The position numbers were made by a program, and so were the translations under genes. Below the pieces are notes generated by a model that did no database searches, was not told the DNA's origin, and saw only the letters and a program-made list of their open reading frames with translations. Of a DNA stretch of 64,000 nt, positions 50,601-62,600 are shown piece by piece (within the stretch, counting starts at the first letter, position 1; each line of letters opens with the position of its first letter). The stretch comes from Haliotis rubra (taxonomy: Eukaryota), in assembly GCF_003918875.1 (NCBI RefSeq), contig NW_025765780.1, positions 1,364,001-1,428,000 of the forward strand, given 5' to 3'.

Positions 50601-51319
50601 ATCGTAGTTGGGTGTACGTGATTTATTCACTGCCTCGGAAATAAACGTTCAGTCTGTTTTCGTCGTAGTTGGGTATACGGGATATATTCTCAGGCTCGGA
50701 AATACACGTGCATTCTGTTTTCGTCGTAGTTGGGTATACGTGATTTATTCTCAGGCTCGGAAATACACGTGCCTCATTGTGTGCCATGATACAACAGTCT
50801 ATATACTCTGTACCTGTTTATAAATATAGGATTTGTGTGTGAACTGGGGGATGAGTCTTCCTCTTATATATGTATTTCATTCCCACGCGTTATACATATT
50901 ATATCATCAAGATAAAGTGATTTCAGGAGACTGACTTGAAGGAATGACAGTGTTCTTTTTTCAGGTCACATACAACTCTGTGTGCAATACAGTAAGTTAA
51001 TTGTAAAAAGTTCACCCTCTGATTGTTCAGCCCTGTTAAACAACGTTTTAATTAATAACATAAAGCAATTACACTGGAAACTATATTTGTGTTATAATAT
51101 TATCATTACTGTATAATGTACTTCTAATTGTGATGATGTATATCGTGGTTAATTTGTCTCCGTACCCCTTGCCTGTATTTGCATATAGAAAGCAAACTTT
51201 ACTCTATCCTGTCCTACACAGACACATAATGTCGCTGTAACAGGTGATTGAAATAGGTTTAAGTATCAGTTAATGTCTGCTAATTGCCGTACTGAACTTC
51301 CAACACTGTTTAGTGTTGC

Positions 51320-51485
51320 GGGGCGGTTGGGTAGCCTAGTGGTTAAAGCGTTGGCTCGTCACGCCGAAGACCCGGGTTCGATTCCCCACATGGGCACAAT
51401 GTGTTAAGCCCATTTCTGGTGTCCCCCGCCGTGATATTGCTGGAATATTGCTAAAAAGCGGCGTAAAACTAAACTCAGTCAGTCA
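51320..51485 (+). mobile_element. tRNA-derived SINE family 2, full length
   Basis: A box TAGCCTAGTGG, B box GGTTCGATTCC, tail GCTGGAATATTGCTAAAAAGCGGCGTAAAACTAAAC(TCAG)n; 12-bp TSD GTTTAGTGTTGC. Confidence 0.9.
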
Positions 51486-52612
51486 GTTTAGTGTTGCAGC
51501 AATTTTGGTGGGAAGATCTTGAAAACAGGATGGTCATAGGTGAAGGGCAGACAGAACATTGACCTAGTGGGAAGTCGCTCAGTTAAAGTGTATAGTAGAT
51601 TCAACGCCACAGCCACTCAACAGAATATGATGCGTGTATTTACGTTGAAGAATTGGTATGTATGGCTGTGTGAAGAGCTCCTACAATCATCTGACTGACA
51701 CCGTGAAAGATACGGGCAACATGAGGACACGAGCGGTGTTCACTTCCATCTACTTAACAATATTTCAAGGCAGGAATCTAAACTTTCAGATATGAAGGAT
51801 TCTATAGTTGTGTACCCGCTTGAAAAGTATATAGGATTTGGAGAATATTTTGAATTTATACGAGGGACTAATGTACTTTATTAGAGTTCGAGGTTCCTGA
51901 GAGCTAGATAATGTGGGAGCGAAAATGTGTTTGTGCTGTTAGTTACCCACTGATAAAGAAACAGGTAGTGACAAAGATAGTCCGAATGTCAGACAAGGTG
52001 GACCTCGATTTATCCGCCTCGACTGGCTAACAATGACAAGTTCTGTCTGATTTGAAATTACGAGGTTGTTGATTTTCACCTTTTCCTTGAAAAGCAGAAC
52101 ATGGATAAAATACGGAAACGATATCATTTAAATTCGGCTGGTGGTTTCAGGAAACCGGACTATGTTGACAGCACAGCAGGGACAGAAGGGTTCAGTTATA
52201 CATATAGGACAATCAATGATCAAGCATTGGCTTGTGGTGTGTCCGCGTCAGTCAATACACTGAAGCATAATTACGGTTTTATGTAACCTTGGCAGGGATT
52301 CCAAATCGATCATGATATATCTGCAGGTATAGGTACATTGGTCCTGACACTATTTGTGTATTTTCCTTTGTGTCAGAAGTAGTCGACTGTGGTATGTGAA
52401 GGCTATGTGAGAGTTCTATCACACGTCTTGCAAGAGGTTATACCCTGTAACCATTTCTATGTCCCACTACCCTCTAAGATGGACCTAATAATGTATTCGT
52501 CATTCGCTGTTGGTACAGTTCATCAAGTACTGCAAGATAATGCGGACACACATAACATACAAACTCATAAATCATACAGTCATTCAGCGAGTTTATTATT
52601 AGATTGTTGCAG

Positions 52613-54816
52613 TCAACCCACCAATATGCCTGTGCCTTGGTGTCCGGTGCTTGGAGCCGCGAGTTTAGCCCTCTCCAGCTTGAAGAGCTCCGGCATCAGC
52701 TGGAGCCAGAAGAAGACACGTTTAGCCTGCAGGTGATGCTCCAGGGTCATGTTGGTGGTGAAGGAGAGGTAGGTTTCATCCTGGGAGTCAAATTGCGTCC
52801 ATGTACTGCCGAGGTCCTGCTGTACGGCTGAACTTGGATTTCTACAACCAAAGTAGTACTTTATTTATCGTGGTGCATATTACCTCAGTCACCGAATTAC
52901 ATTATTAAGCTGATGCCATATATTAAAAATATGTGAAATTTACACATAAAAGTTGAGGACACTAACTTGTAAAGCGCCAGTGATGAGGTGTTATTGATCT
53001 TTGGTTTTGAGTGATGTCCCTTCTGGAGACTCTTGACATGGCCAACATGTGTTTTTGCAGGCTATCCGTGAAATATTAGCCTCAATCTGCACAGAGAATC
53101 AATTCGTGAGTGACTGTCCTATATTACTGTTGCTCAAAACTGACTCATTCCTGTAACGGACATGCCATTTGCCTTTGTAGAACTCTACTGCAAAATCAAT
53201 ATCAATATTATCATCTGTAATCGAGTGTTTAGCGTGAAGCCTATTTAATTTGTGTATTATCAATTGTAAATAATAATACTGTATAACTAGTGCGCAACTG
53301 TCAGTAATTCTTGAAATACGTACCCTGTTTTAGCAAACTCTGCCAAGAAGCTCACATATGTACTTGATAGGGTCTGTTCCTCCTGAGTGATGGGGCCGAG
53401 GAGTCCAAAGAGAGATACTGATATTGAACTGAGACCAAAGATATACGGAAGGTCGAATGCATGATACATGCCGTGTGTGCCACTTCCTTCAGCGAATGAT
53501 GGGTAATGGTTGAAGTAGTAGAAATAGGTGTTGCCCGTCCCGCCATGATTTCCCTTGTCACAGTGTCTGCGGGCATATGCCACTGCAGGGGCTACAAAGG
53601 AGACGTCGCCGTAGGTGTGGAAAACAGCATTGATGTCAAGTAGTTTCTGGTTCTCTGTCCGCGGCGCTGTATACTCATATGATATGACGTCAGCCAAAAG
53701 GGCGTCATACTGCCCATAGGTTGACTTTAGGAGGTTGGGAATGAGTTTGTTGTTGTAGACAAAAATGGAATTTAGTGTTTTAGCAGTGGACGTGTTGTCT
53801 AGTCTGTCGAAAGTTTCCGCGTTCTCAAGAAGCAGCCCGCCTTCGTTGTTATTGACGCCCAGCATTGTGTCCACATCATAAAACCCAAGATCTGAGAGGT
53901 ATGTTGCATTCTTGATCAAAGCACCAGGGTTGTTGGGCATAAAATATCCATCAACAACAGGCCCAGCATCCTGACGATCCGTCGCACTGAGCAGAACACT
54001 AGCTGGTTGGCCTCTCAGGCAGGCGACGGTCTGCTTGTCTGTTGCCTTCCTAGAACAATTCACTGCTGATGAAACGCTGTAAAGTTTTTCTCTGTATGTT
54101 TTGTCATTCGCCCAGTAAGCTGTGGCAGCTCCACTCTGCATTATAGCTCTTTTAAACAGACCCTTGGACCTTGGAGACAGTGTATGGAGGGACACACTCG
54201 CTGACCCCGCCGACTCTCCGACAATGGTGACACTGTTAGGGTCTCCCCCAAATGATGCAATATTTTTCTGAACCCATTCCAATGCCAGAACCTGGTCCAA
54301 CAAACCAAAGTTACCTGGAGCTTCTGCGTTGCCTGTTGAGAGGAATCCAAACACACCCAGTCTATACTGGACAACCACCACAATGACGTCCTGCTCTGTC
54401 ACCAGCTTTGCCGGCTCGTACAGAGGAGCACCGCCTGACTTGAAGGAACCACCATGGATCCACACCATCACAGACTTGGCTGAACCTCCAGATGTTGGAA
54501 CATGGACACCTAAAGTCAGACAGTCCTCGCTCCAGGGGACGTTCAGAGAGCCGAAACCAAAATGTAACTGAGTACAAACCGGGCCATATCGTAAGGCTTG
54601 GAAGACACCTTTCACCCCTGGATGTGGACTCGGAGCTCGGAACCGGAGTTTCCCAGTAGGAGGCAGAGCATAGGGTATGGCATAATACGCGTTATACGTC
54701 TTGCCGGCTGGTGTGGTTTTAGTTATGCCTTGAATCTTACCCCAAGGACTGGAAATAAGAGGAGCAGCCTCAGCATAATAGAGTAACAGAAGAAGATATA
54801 GAATGCACTGCGTCAT
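52613..54816 (-). CDS. Carboxylesterase type B, subfamily B copy 1, predicted secreted (exons 54816-53324 and 52841-52613)
   Basis: Signal peptide MTQCILYLLLLLYYAEA; motifs SEDCL, WIHGGSF, GESAG, NNNEG and GMYHAFD. The intron restores FAKTG-NPSS; exon 2 ends ...HQGTGILVG*; AATAAA at 52597-52592. Confidence 0.93.
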
Positions 54817-55720
54817 TCCCGAGATACCAGTACTAAAAGCACCTGAACTGTACTGCACTCTCATTTTAAGTTATCAGTAAAGGGGGTCTATCCTATCTTT
54901 CTCCAAACATGGAAAGTGCTCAGTCACGGTTCACAGTAAACTATATCTTATTTTTACAGTAATAGACAAATTGAATGCAAGATCTACTTTTAAAACACGC
55001 CTTTGTCCATCTAAAAATAATAATACTGTACGTCTCTTATTAAGAATCTGACACAAATACATGTGAAATTAAAATCCCGACGCAATATTACAATACTTTG
55101 GCCAACATATAGTGTGTTTACTACATGAAATTATATTCTCATTTAATTTATAAACCATCAACAGCCTTTTCCACTTAGTGAAAGCTTATGAAGTGTGAAC
55201 CTCTATTCAAGGAGATCCGTATGCTGGAAGTTTCACAATCTAAAGAACTGACACAAAGTGAATCTGTAAATGTGAATATATATATTATAAGTTTTACTCG
55301 GTATCACATAGCGCCGGAACACGTTGATTTCCGTGCCCATAGGCGACAATGTTAACGTTTGTATGTTCTAATACATTCATTATATAGTCTCTCCAGTAGC
55401 ATTCTATGCAGACTTGACTAACATTATGAAAGATGATTACGTCTATTGAGAAGGTTAACGTGGGGCGAGAAGGATATACTCTCCCCTCAGAAATACACAT
55501 GCAGCCTGTTTGCTTCGCACTTGGGTGTAAGGAATATACTCTCAGGTTCAGGAAAACGCGTGCAGTCTGTTTTCTTGGCAGCGGGGTATACAGGATATAT
55601 TCTCCGGTTCACAACTACACTTTCTTGTGTTCCTCGTCGTCTTAATTTCATCTATGACTTCATGGTATGTCTTCAGTTCAAACAGATTGACCTTGAAGTA
55701 TGGCGACCACTTTATGTTGG

Positions 55721-55989
55721 GGACCCGTGAAGATCCCGGGTAGAATAGGTCTTTAGCAACCCATTCTTGTCAAAAAAGGCGACTATGCTTGTCGTAAAAG
55801 GCGACTATAGGGATCGGGTGGTCAGGCTCGCTGACTTGGTTGACACATGTCATCAGTTCCCAATTGCGCAGATCGATGCTCATGCTGTTGATCACTGGAT
55901 TGTCTGGTCCAGACTCGATTATTTACAGACCGCCGCCATATAGCTGGAAATTGCTGAGTGCGGCGTAAAACTAAACTCACTCACTCACT
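55721..55989 (+). mobile_element. SINE family 1, intact copy with TSD
   Basis: 13-bp TSD CACTTTATGTTGG (55708-55720, 55990-56002); internal tandem duplication of CTTGTC...AGGCGACTAT; (TCAC)n tail. Confidence 0.9.
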
Positions 55990-57129
55990 CACTTTATGTT
56001 GGTCATTATGGGAGCGTTCAGGGTCATGATTTTCTCATCGCCCCAGACTGACAGTGTGTTGTTGGGTGCCATGATCCAACAGTCTATATAAATATACTCT
56101 CTACCCATTCCTAAATGTAGGAATTGTGTGTGAAATGGGAGATGTGTCTTCCTCTACTGAAGTAATCCTGCAGTAATCTGACTAGCAGGCGTTTGCGTTT
56201 ACACTGAACAATTGTTATACATCATGTAAACGACGACGGCTGTGTGAAGAGCTCCTACGATCCCCTGACGGACACCGTGAAAGATACGGGCAACGGGAAG
56301 ACACGAGTGGCGTTTACTTCCGTCTACTTAACAATATTTCAAGGCAGCTGAGAGAATCTACTTTTAGATATGAAGGATTCTATACTTGTGTACCCGCTTA
56401 AAACATAGATCGGTTTTGGAGAATATTTTGAATTTATTTGAGGGACTAATGTACTTGATCAAAGTTCGGGGTTCCTGAGAGCTAGATAATGTGGGAGCGA
56501 ACATGTGTTTGTGCTGTTAGTTACCCACTGATAAAGAAACAGGTGGTGACATAGATAGTCCGCATGTCAGACAAGGTGGACTTCGTTTTATCTGCCTCGA
56601 CTGGCTAACAATGATAATTTCTATCTGATTTGATATTTCGAGGTTGTTGATTTTCACTTTTTCGGCATAGGGTCGTAACATGGGTTTCCTTGAAAACAAG
56701 GACACGGATAAAATAAATCATTTAAATTCGCCTGGTAGTTTCAGGAAACCGAACTATGTTGACAGCTCAGCAGGGACACCAGCATATTTACGGTTTTATG
56801 CAACCTAGACAGGGATTCCAACTCGATAATTATATATCTGCAGAAATAGGTCCATTTGTCCTGACACTATTTGCGTATTTTACTCTGTGTCAGAAATGGT
56901 CGACTGTGGTGTGTGATGAGTACGTGAGAGATATGTCCCAAGTCTTGTAAGAGGTTATACCCTGTAACCATTTCTATGTCCCACTACCAACTAAGATGGA
57001 CCTAATAGTGTATTCGTCGTTCGCTGTTGGTACAGTTCATCAAATACTGCAAGATGATGCGGACACACATAACATACAAACTCATAAATCATACAGTCAT
57101 TCAGCGAGTTTATTATTAGATTGTTGCAG

Positions 57130-59365
57130 TCAACCCACCAATATGCCTGTGCCTTGGTGTCCGGTGCTTGGAGCCGCGAGTTTAGCCCTCTCCAGCTTGA
57201 AGAGCTCCGGCATCAGCTGGAGCCAGAAGAAGACACGTTTAGCCTGCAGGTGATGCTCCAGGGTCATGTTGGTGGTGAAGGAGAGGTAGGTTTCATCCTG
57301 GGAGTCAAATTGCGTCCATGTACTCCCGAGGTCCTGCTGTACGGCTGAACTTGGATTTCTACGACCAAATTAGTACTATTATTTATCGTTGTGTTTATGA
57401 ACTCAGCCAATGAATTACATTTTTACGCTGATGCCATTAATCCTATGCCGAATATTAAAAACATGTGAAATTTACACATAAAAGTTGAGGACACAAACTT
57501 GTAAAGCGCCAGTGATAAGGTGTTATTGATCCTGGGTTTTGAGTGATGTCCCTTCTGGAGACTCTTAACATGGCCAACATGTGTTTTTGCTGGTTATGCG
57601 TGAAATATTAGCTTCAATCTGCACAGGGAATCAATTCGTGAGTGTCTGTCATATGTTACTGTTGCTCAAAACTGACCCATTCCTGTAACGGACATGCCAT
57701 TTGCCTTTGTAGAACTCTACTGCAAAATTAATATCAATATTATAATCTTTAATCGAGTGTTTAGCGTGAAGCCTATTTAATTTGTGTATTATCAATTGTA
57801 AATACATGTTGGTAGAATTCATAGATAATGTATAACTAGTGCGCAACTGTCAGTAATTCTTGAAATACGTACCCTGTTTTAGCAAACTCTGCCAGGAAGT
57901 TCACATATGTACTTGATAGGGTCTGTTCCTCCGGAGTGATGGGGCCGAGGAGTCCAAAGAGAGATACTGATATTGAACTGAGACCAAACATATACGGGAG
58001 GTCGAATGCATGATACATGCCGTGTGTGCCACTTCCTGCAGCGAATGATGGGTAATGGTTGAAGTAGTAGAAATAGGTGTTGCCCGTCCCGCCACGATTT
58101 CCCTTGTCACAGTGTCTGCGGGCATATGCCACTGCAGGGGCTACAAAGGAGACGTCGCCGTAGGTGTGGAAAACAGCATTGATGTCAAGTAGTTTCTGGT
58201 TCTCTGTCCGCGGCGCTGTATACTCATATGATATGACGTCAGCCAAAAGGGCGTCATACTGCCCATACGTTGACAATAGGAGTTTGGGAATGAGTTTGTT
58301 GTCATAGACAAAAATGTAGTTTAGTGTTTTAGCAGTGGACGTGTTGTCTTGTCTGTCGAAAGCTTCCGCGTTCTCAAGAAGCAGCCCGCCTTCGTTGTTA
58401 TTGACGCCCAGCATTGTGTCCACATCATAAAACCCAAGATCTGAGAGGTATGTTGCATTCTTGATCAAAGCACCAGGGTTGTTGGGCATAAAATATCCAT
58501 CAACAACAGGCCCAGCATCCTGACGATCCGTCGCACTGAGCAGAACACTAGCTGGTTGGCCTCTCAGGCAGGCGACGGTCTGCTTGTCTGTTGCCTTCCC
58601 AGAACAATTCACTGCTGATGAAACGCTGTAAAGTTTTTCTCTGTATGTTTCGTCATTCGCCCAGTAAGCTGTGGCAGCTCCACTCTGCATTATAGCTCTT
58701 TTAAACAGACCCTTGGACCTTGGAGACAGTGTATGGAGGGACACACTCGCTGACCCCGCTGACTCCCCGACAATGGTGACACTGTTAGGGTCTCCCCCAA
58801 ATGATGCAATATTTTTCTGAACCCATTCCAATGCCAGAACCTGGTCCAACAAACCAAAGTTACCTGGAGCTTCTGCGTTGCCTGTTGAGAGGAATCCAAA
58901 CACACCCAGTCTATACTGGACAACCACCACAATGACGTCCTGCTCTGTCACCAGCTTTGCCGGCTCGTACAGAGGAGCACCGCCTGACTTGAAGGAACCA
59001 CCATGGATCCACACCATCACAGACTTGGCTGAACCTCCAGATGTTGGAACATGGACACCTAAAGTCAGACAGTCCTCGCTCCAGGGGACGTTCAGAGAGC
59101 CGAAACCAAAATGTAACTGAGTACAAACCGGGCCATATCGTAAGGCTTGGAAGACACCTTTCACCCCTGGATGTGGACTCGGAGCTCGGAACCGGAGTTT
59201 CCCAGTAGGAGGCAGAGCATAGGGTATGGCATAATACGCGTTATACGTCTTGCCGGCTGGTGTGGTTTTAGTTATGCCTTGAATCTTACCCCAAGGACTG
59301 GAAATAAGAGGAGCAGCCTCTGTGTAACAGAGAAATAGAAGAAGATATAGAATGCACTGTGTCAT
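57130..59365 (-). CDS. Carboxylesterase type B, subfamily B copy 2, predicted secreted (exons 59365-57873 and 57358-57130)
   Basis: Nearly identical to copy B1, with the same intron position and C-terminus. Confidence 0.93.
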
Positions 59366-59473
59366 TCCTGAGATACCAGTACGAAAAAGACCTGAACTGT
59401 ACTGCCCTCTCTTTTTAACTTATCAGTAAAGCGGCCCTTTCTTATCTTTCTCTACATATAGAAAGTGCTCAGT

Positions 59474-59610
59474 NNNNNNNNNNNNNNNNNNNNNNNNNNN
59501 NNNNNNNNNNNNNNNNNNNNNNNNNNNNNNNNNNNNNNNNNNNNNNNNNNNNNNNNNNNNNNNNNNNNNNNNNNNNNNNNNNNNNNNNNNNNNNNNNNNN
59601 NNNNNNNNNA
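59474..59610. other. Assembly gap (137 N)
   Basis: Run of N. Confidence 1.
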
Positions 59611-62600
59611 CATCGGCAATATTTCAGCCATATCGTGACGAGAACAATTAATTGGTACACATAGTAAGTAATAGTAAATTATAAAAGCCTGCCTACGAAG
59701 GACAGTAAAATAACTAGATTATCACAGATATACATATAAAACTAGCGAACAAAGCTAAAATATTCCAATTAAAGAAGACAATACAATGTAAAAATGGGCT
59801 ATAGATCGCCAACAACTGAAGGTAGATCACCATACTAAGGCCCATGGGGGCTTACATTACTTTTGCTACCTGCATGGACCCTAGCTGGATTTACACCGTC
59901 CCTTCAGCCATTGGCGTTTATACTGAGATTTAGCCAGACATTAAAATGACAAAAATACTACGATTAAAAACCTGGTAGACTGAAATTTACTTGAACTGTT
60001 TTGGGACTTACGTACCCTCTCAGGAGGACAATAATTTTACGGTACTTTAACCCCCTTTGAGGGCACAGCCACGAACAATCTAAGTTAACAATCTAAACTA
60101 CCAATCATTAAAATACATCTACTTACAGAGCATATTAATCAAAAATCAGTGAACAAATCAATTTCTTTTAAAAAACCAAGAAGTAAATGAACATGAACAG
60201 AGTTAAAAAGATCCTTAACAGTTTTAACATTGAAATATTTATCCCTTATGATGGAGAATTCGACACAGTCAAGTAGGAGATGCTTGACTGTGACTCTCTC
60301 ATCACAAGGGATACAAAACGGGGGATCTTCACCTTTCAACAAGTAGTTGTGAGTATACCTTGTATGGCCAATGCGACATCGTCGCATAATGACCTCTTCA
60401 AATCTGGACTGACAACCCAAGTGAGTGTAACCAATATAAGGTTTTATTTCATGTAGTTTATTAATACCTACTTGGGTGTCCCACTTCTTCTGCATCAGAT
60501 CACGGATGTAAGTTCTAATGCAAGCTTTGTAATCAGAGTAAGGAATAAGAAGTGGTGTCACAGATTTGTTGAGGGCTGCCTTAGCAGCAAGATCAGCCGT
60601 TGTGTTCCCAGAAATGCCAACGTGGCTGGGTAACCAACAAAAGACGATGTCGCATTGGCCAGTTGCAAGCTCATTATACAATTCAATAATTTCTAATAAA
60701 AGTGGATGTTTACAAGAAATATATTTAATAGCCTGAAGGCAAGAAAGTGAGTCAGAAAAGATGATATATTGTTGATATTTAGGGTGTTTTTTAATATATT
60801 TTAAGGCTGTTAATATGGCGTTTGCTTCTGCTGTAAAAATAGAGCTGTTATCTGGTAAACGAGAAGATATGGTTCTGGATCCAATGACAGTGGCACATCC
60901 CACCGCGCCACCATCCTTGGATCCATCTGTAAATAAGGATTTATATGTATTATATTTACTTTTTAATTGATGATATTCTTGTTTATATTGTAATTCATTA
61001 GTTTCTGCTTTTTTAAATGCTGTTAATGTTAGGTCGACTTGTGGCCTAACCAATTGCCAAGGAGGAGAAGAAAGAAGACGGGAAGGAGCTATATTTTCCA
61101 GCTCAATGCCGGCAGCAGAAATGAAAGGCTTAATTCTGTGCCCAAGAGGCGGAACAAGAGAAGGTTTTTTGTTGTATAAATCCTCATAGAGGGGATTAAA
61201 GACACAATTAAATGCAGGGTTAGACTCGCTAGAATATAGTTTAGTAAGGTATTGTAAGGATAATTTTATCCGACGTTGTGCAAGAGAAGGCTCATCTGCT
61301 TCAACATAGAGACTATCAATAGGAGAGGTTCTAAAGGACCCAAGACAAAGTCTTAGGCCTTGGTGGTGGACAGAATCAAGTAGTTTTAGGTTGCTTTTGC
61401 AGGCTCCACCATATACGATGGAGCCATAATCAAGTTTCGAGCGGACCAATGATCGATACAGGTGGAGGAGGGTAGCTTGATCCCCTCCCCACTTTGAGTT
61501 GGAAACAACTTTCAACAAATCGAGTGCCTTCAGACATTTGGCTTTAAGTGATTTAATATGTGGTAAAAAAGTTAAATGGGAGTCGAAAATTAGACCCAAG
61601 AATTTGGCCTCCTTAACAACTTTGATGGGAGTGCCATTTAAAGATAGTTCAGGATCTTTATGCGGTTTATATTTTCTACAAAAGTGTAGACAATTAGTTT
61701 TGGATTTGGAAAATTTAAAACCGTTTTCAAGACACCATTTATTTATTTTATTTAAACACAACTGCAATTGCCGTTCAATAGTATGCATATTTTACCACGA
61801 CAAGAAATATTAAAATCATCCACAAAAGTGATCCATCAATGGAATCGTTTAAAACCTTGGATAAACTGTTAATCTTGATACTAAATAAAGTGACGGACAA
61901 AATACTGCCTTGAGGGACACCCTGATCCTGATTGTAATGATCAGACAGGGTTGAACCCACTCGGACTTGAAATTGTCTGTCTTTCAAAAACCGTGATATA
62001 AAAAGAGGCAAACGGCCTCTCAAACCAAAGTCATGTAAATCCCTCAAAATGCCATGCTTCCAGGTCGTATCATAAGCTTTCTCAAGATCAAAGAAAATTG
62101 ATACAGCATGTTGTTTACTTACCATAGCATTCTTAACAAAGGATTCCAAGCGTACCAAATGATCAATGGTACTACGATTTTTCCTGAAACCACATTGAAT
62201 ATTGGTTATAAGGTTATTGGTTTCAAGATACCAAGTTAATCTATTATTCACCATACGTTCCATGGTTTTACAAACACAGCTAGTTAAAGAGATCGGTCTG
62301 TAATTAGACGGATCTGTATGATCCTTGCCAGGTTTTGGTATTGGGACTACAATGGCATTACGCCATGAAGGAGGAAATTCTCCAGACGTCCATATTTTGT
62401 CAAATATATCTAAAAGTGTCATCAGACATGGTTCCGGTAAGTGTTTCAGTAGCTGGTAATGTATATTGTCATCACCCGCTGCAGTGTCATGAGCTTGCTC
62501 AAGAGCAGTATGTAGCTCATGTAATGAAAACACTTCATTATAATCTTCACCGTTATTTGATTCGAAATTAAGTTTTGTCTTTTCCTGTTGTTTCTGATAT

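Noticed and set aside
51320-51395. Possible tRNA gene
   Set aside because: A and B boxes are present, but the sequence continues into a SINE body and tail, has a TSD, and has several diverged copies in the window.
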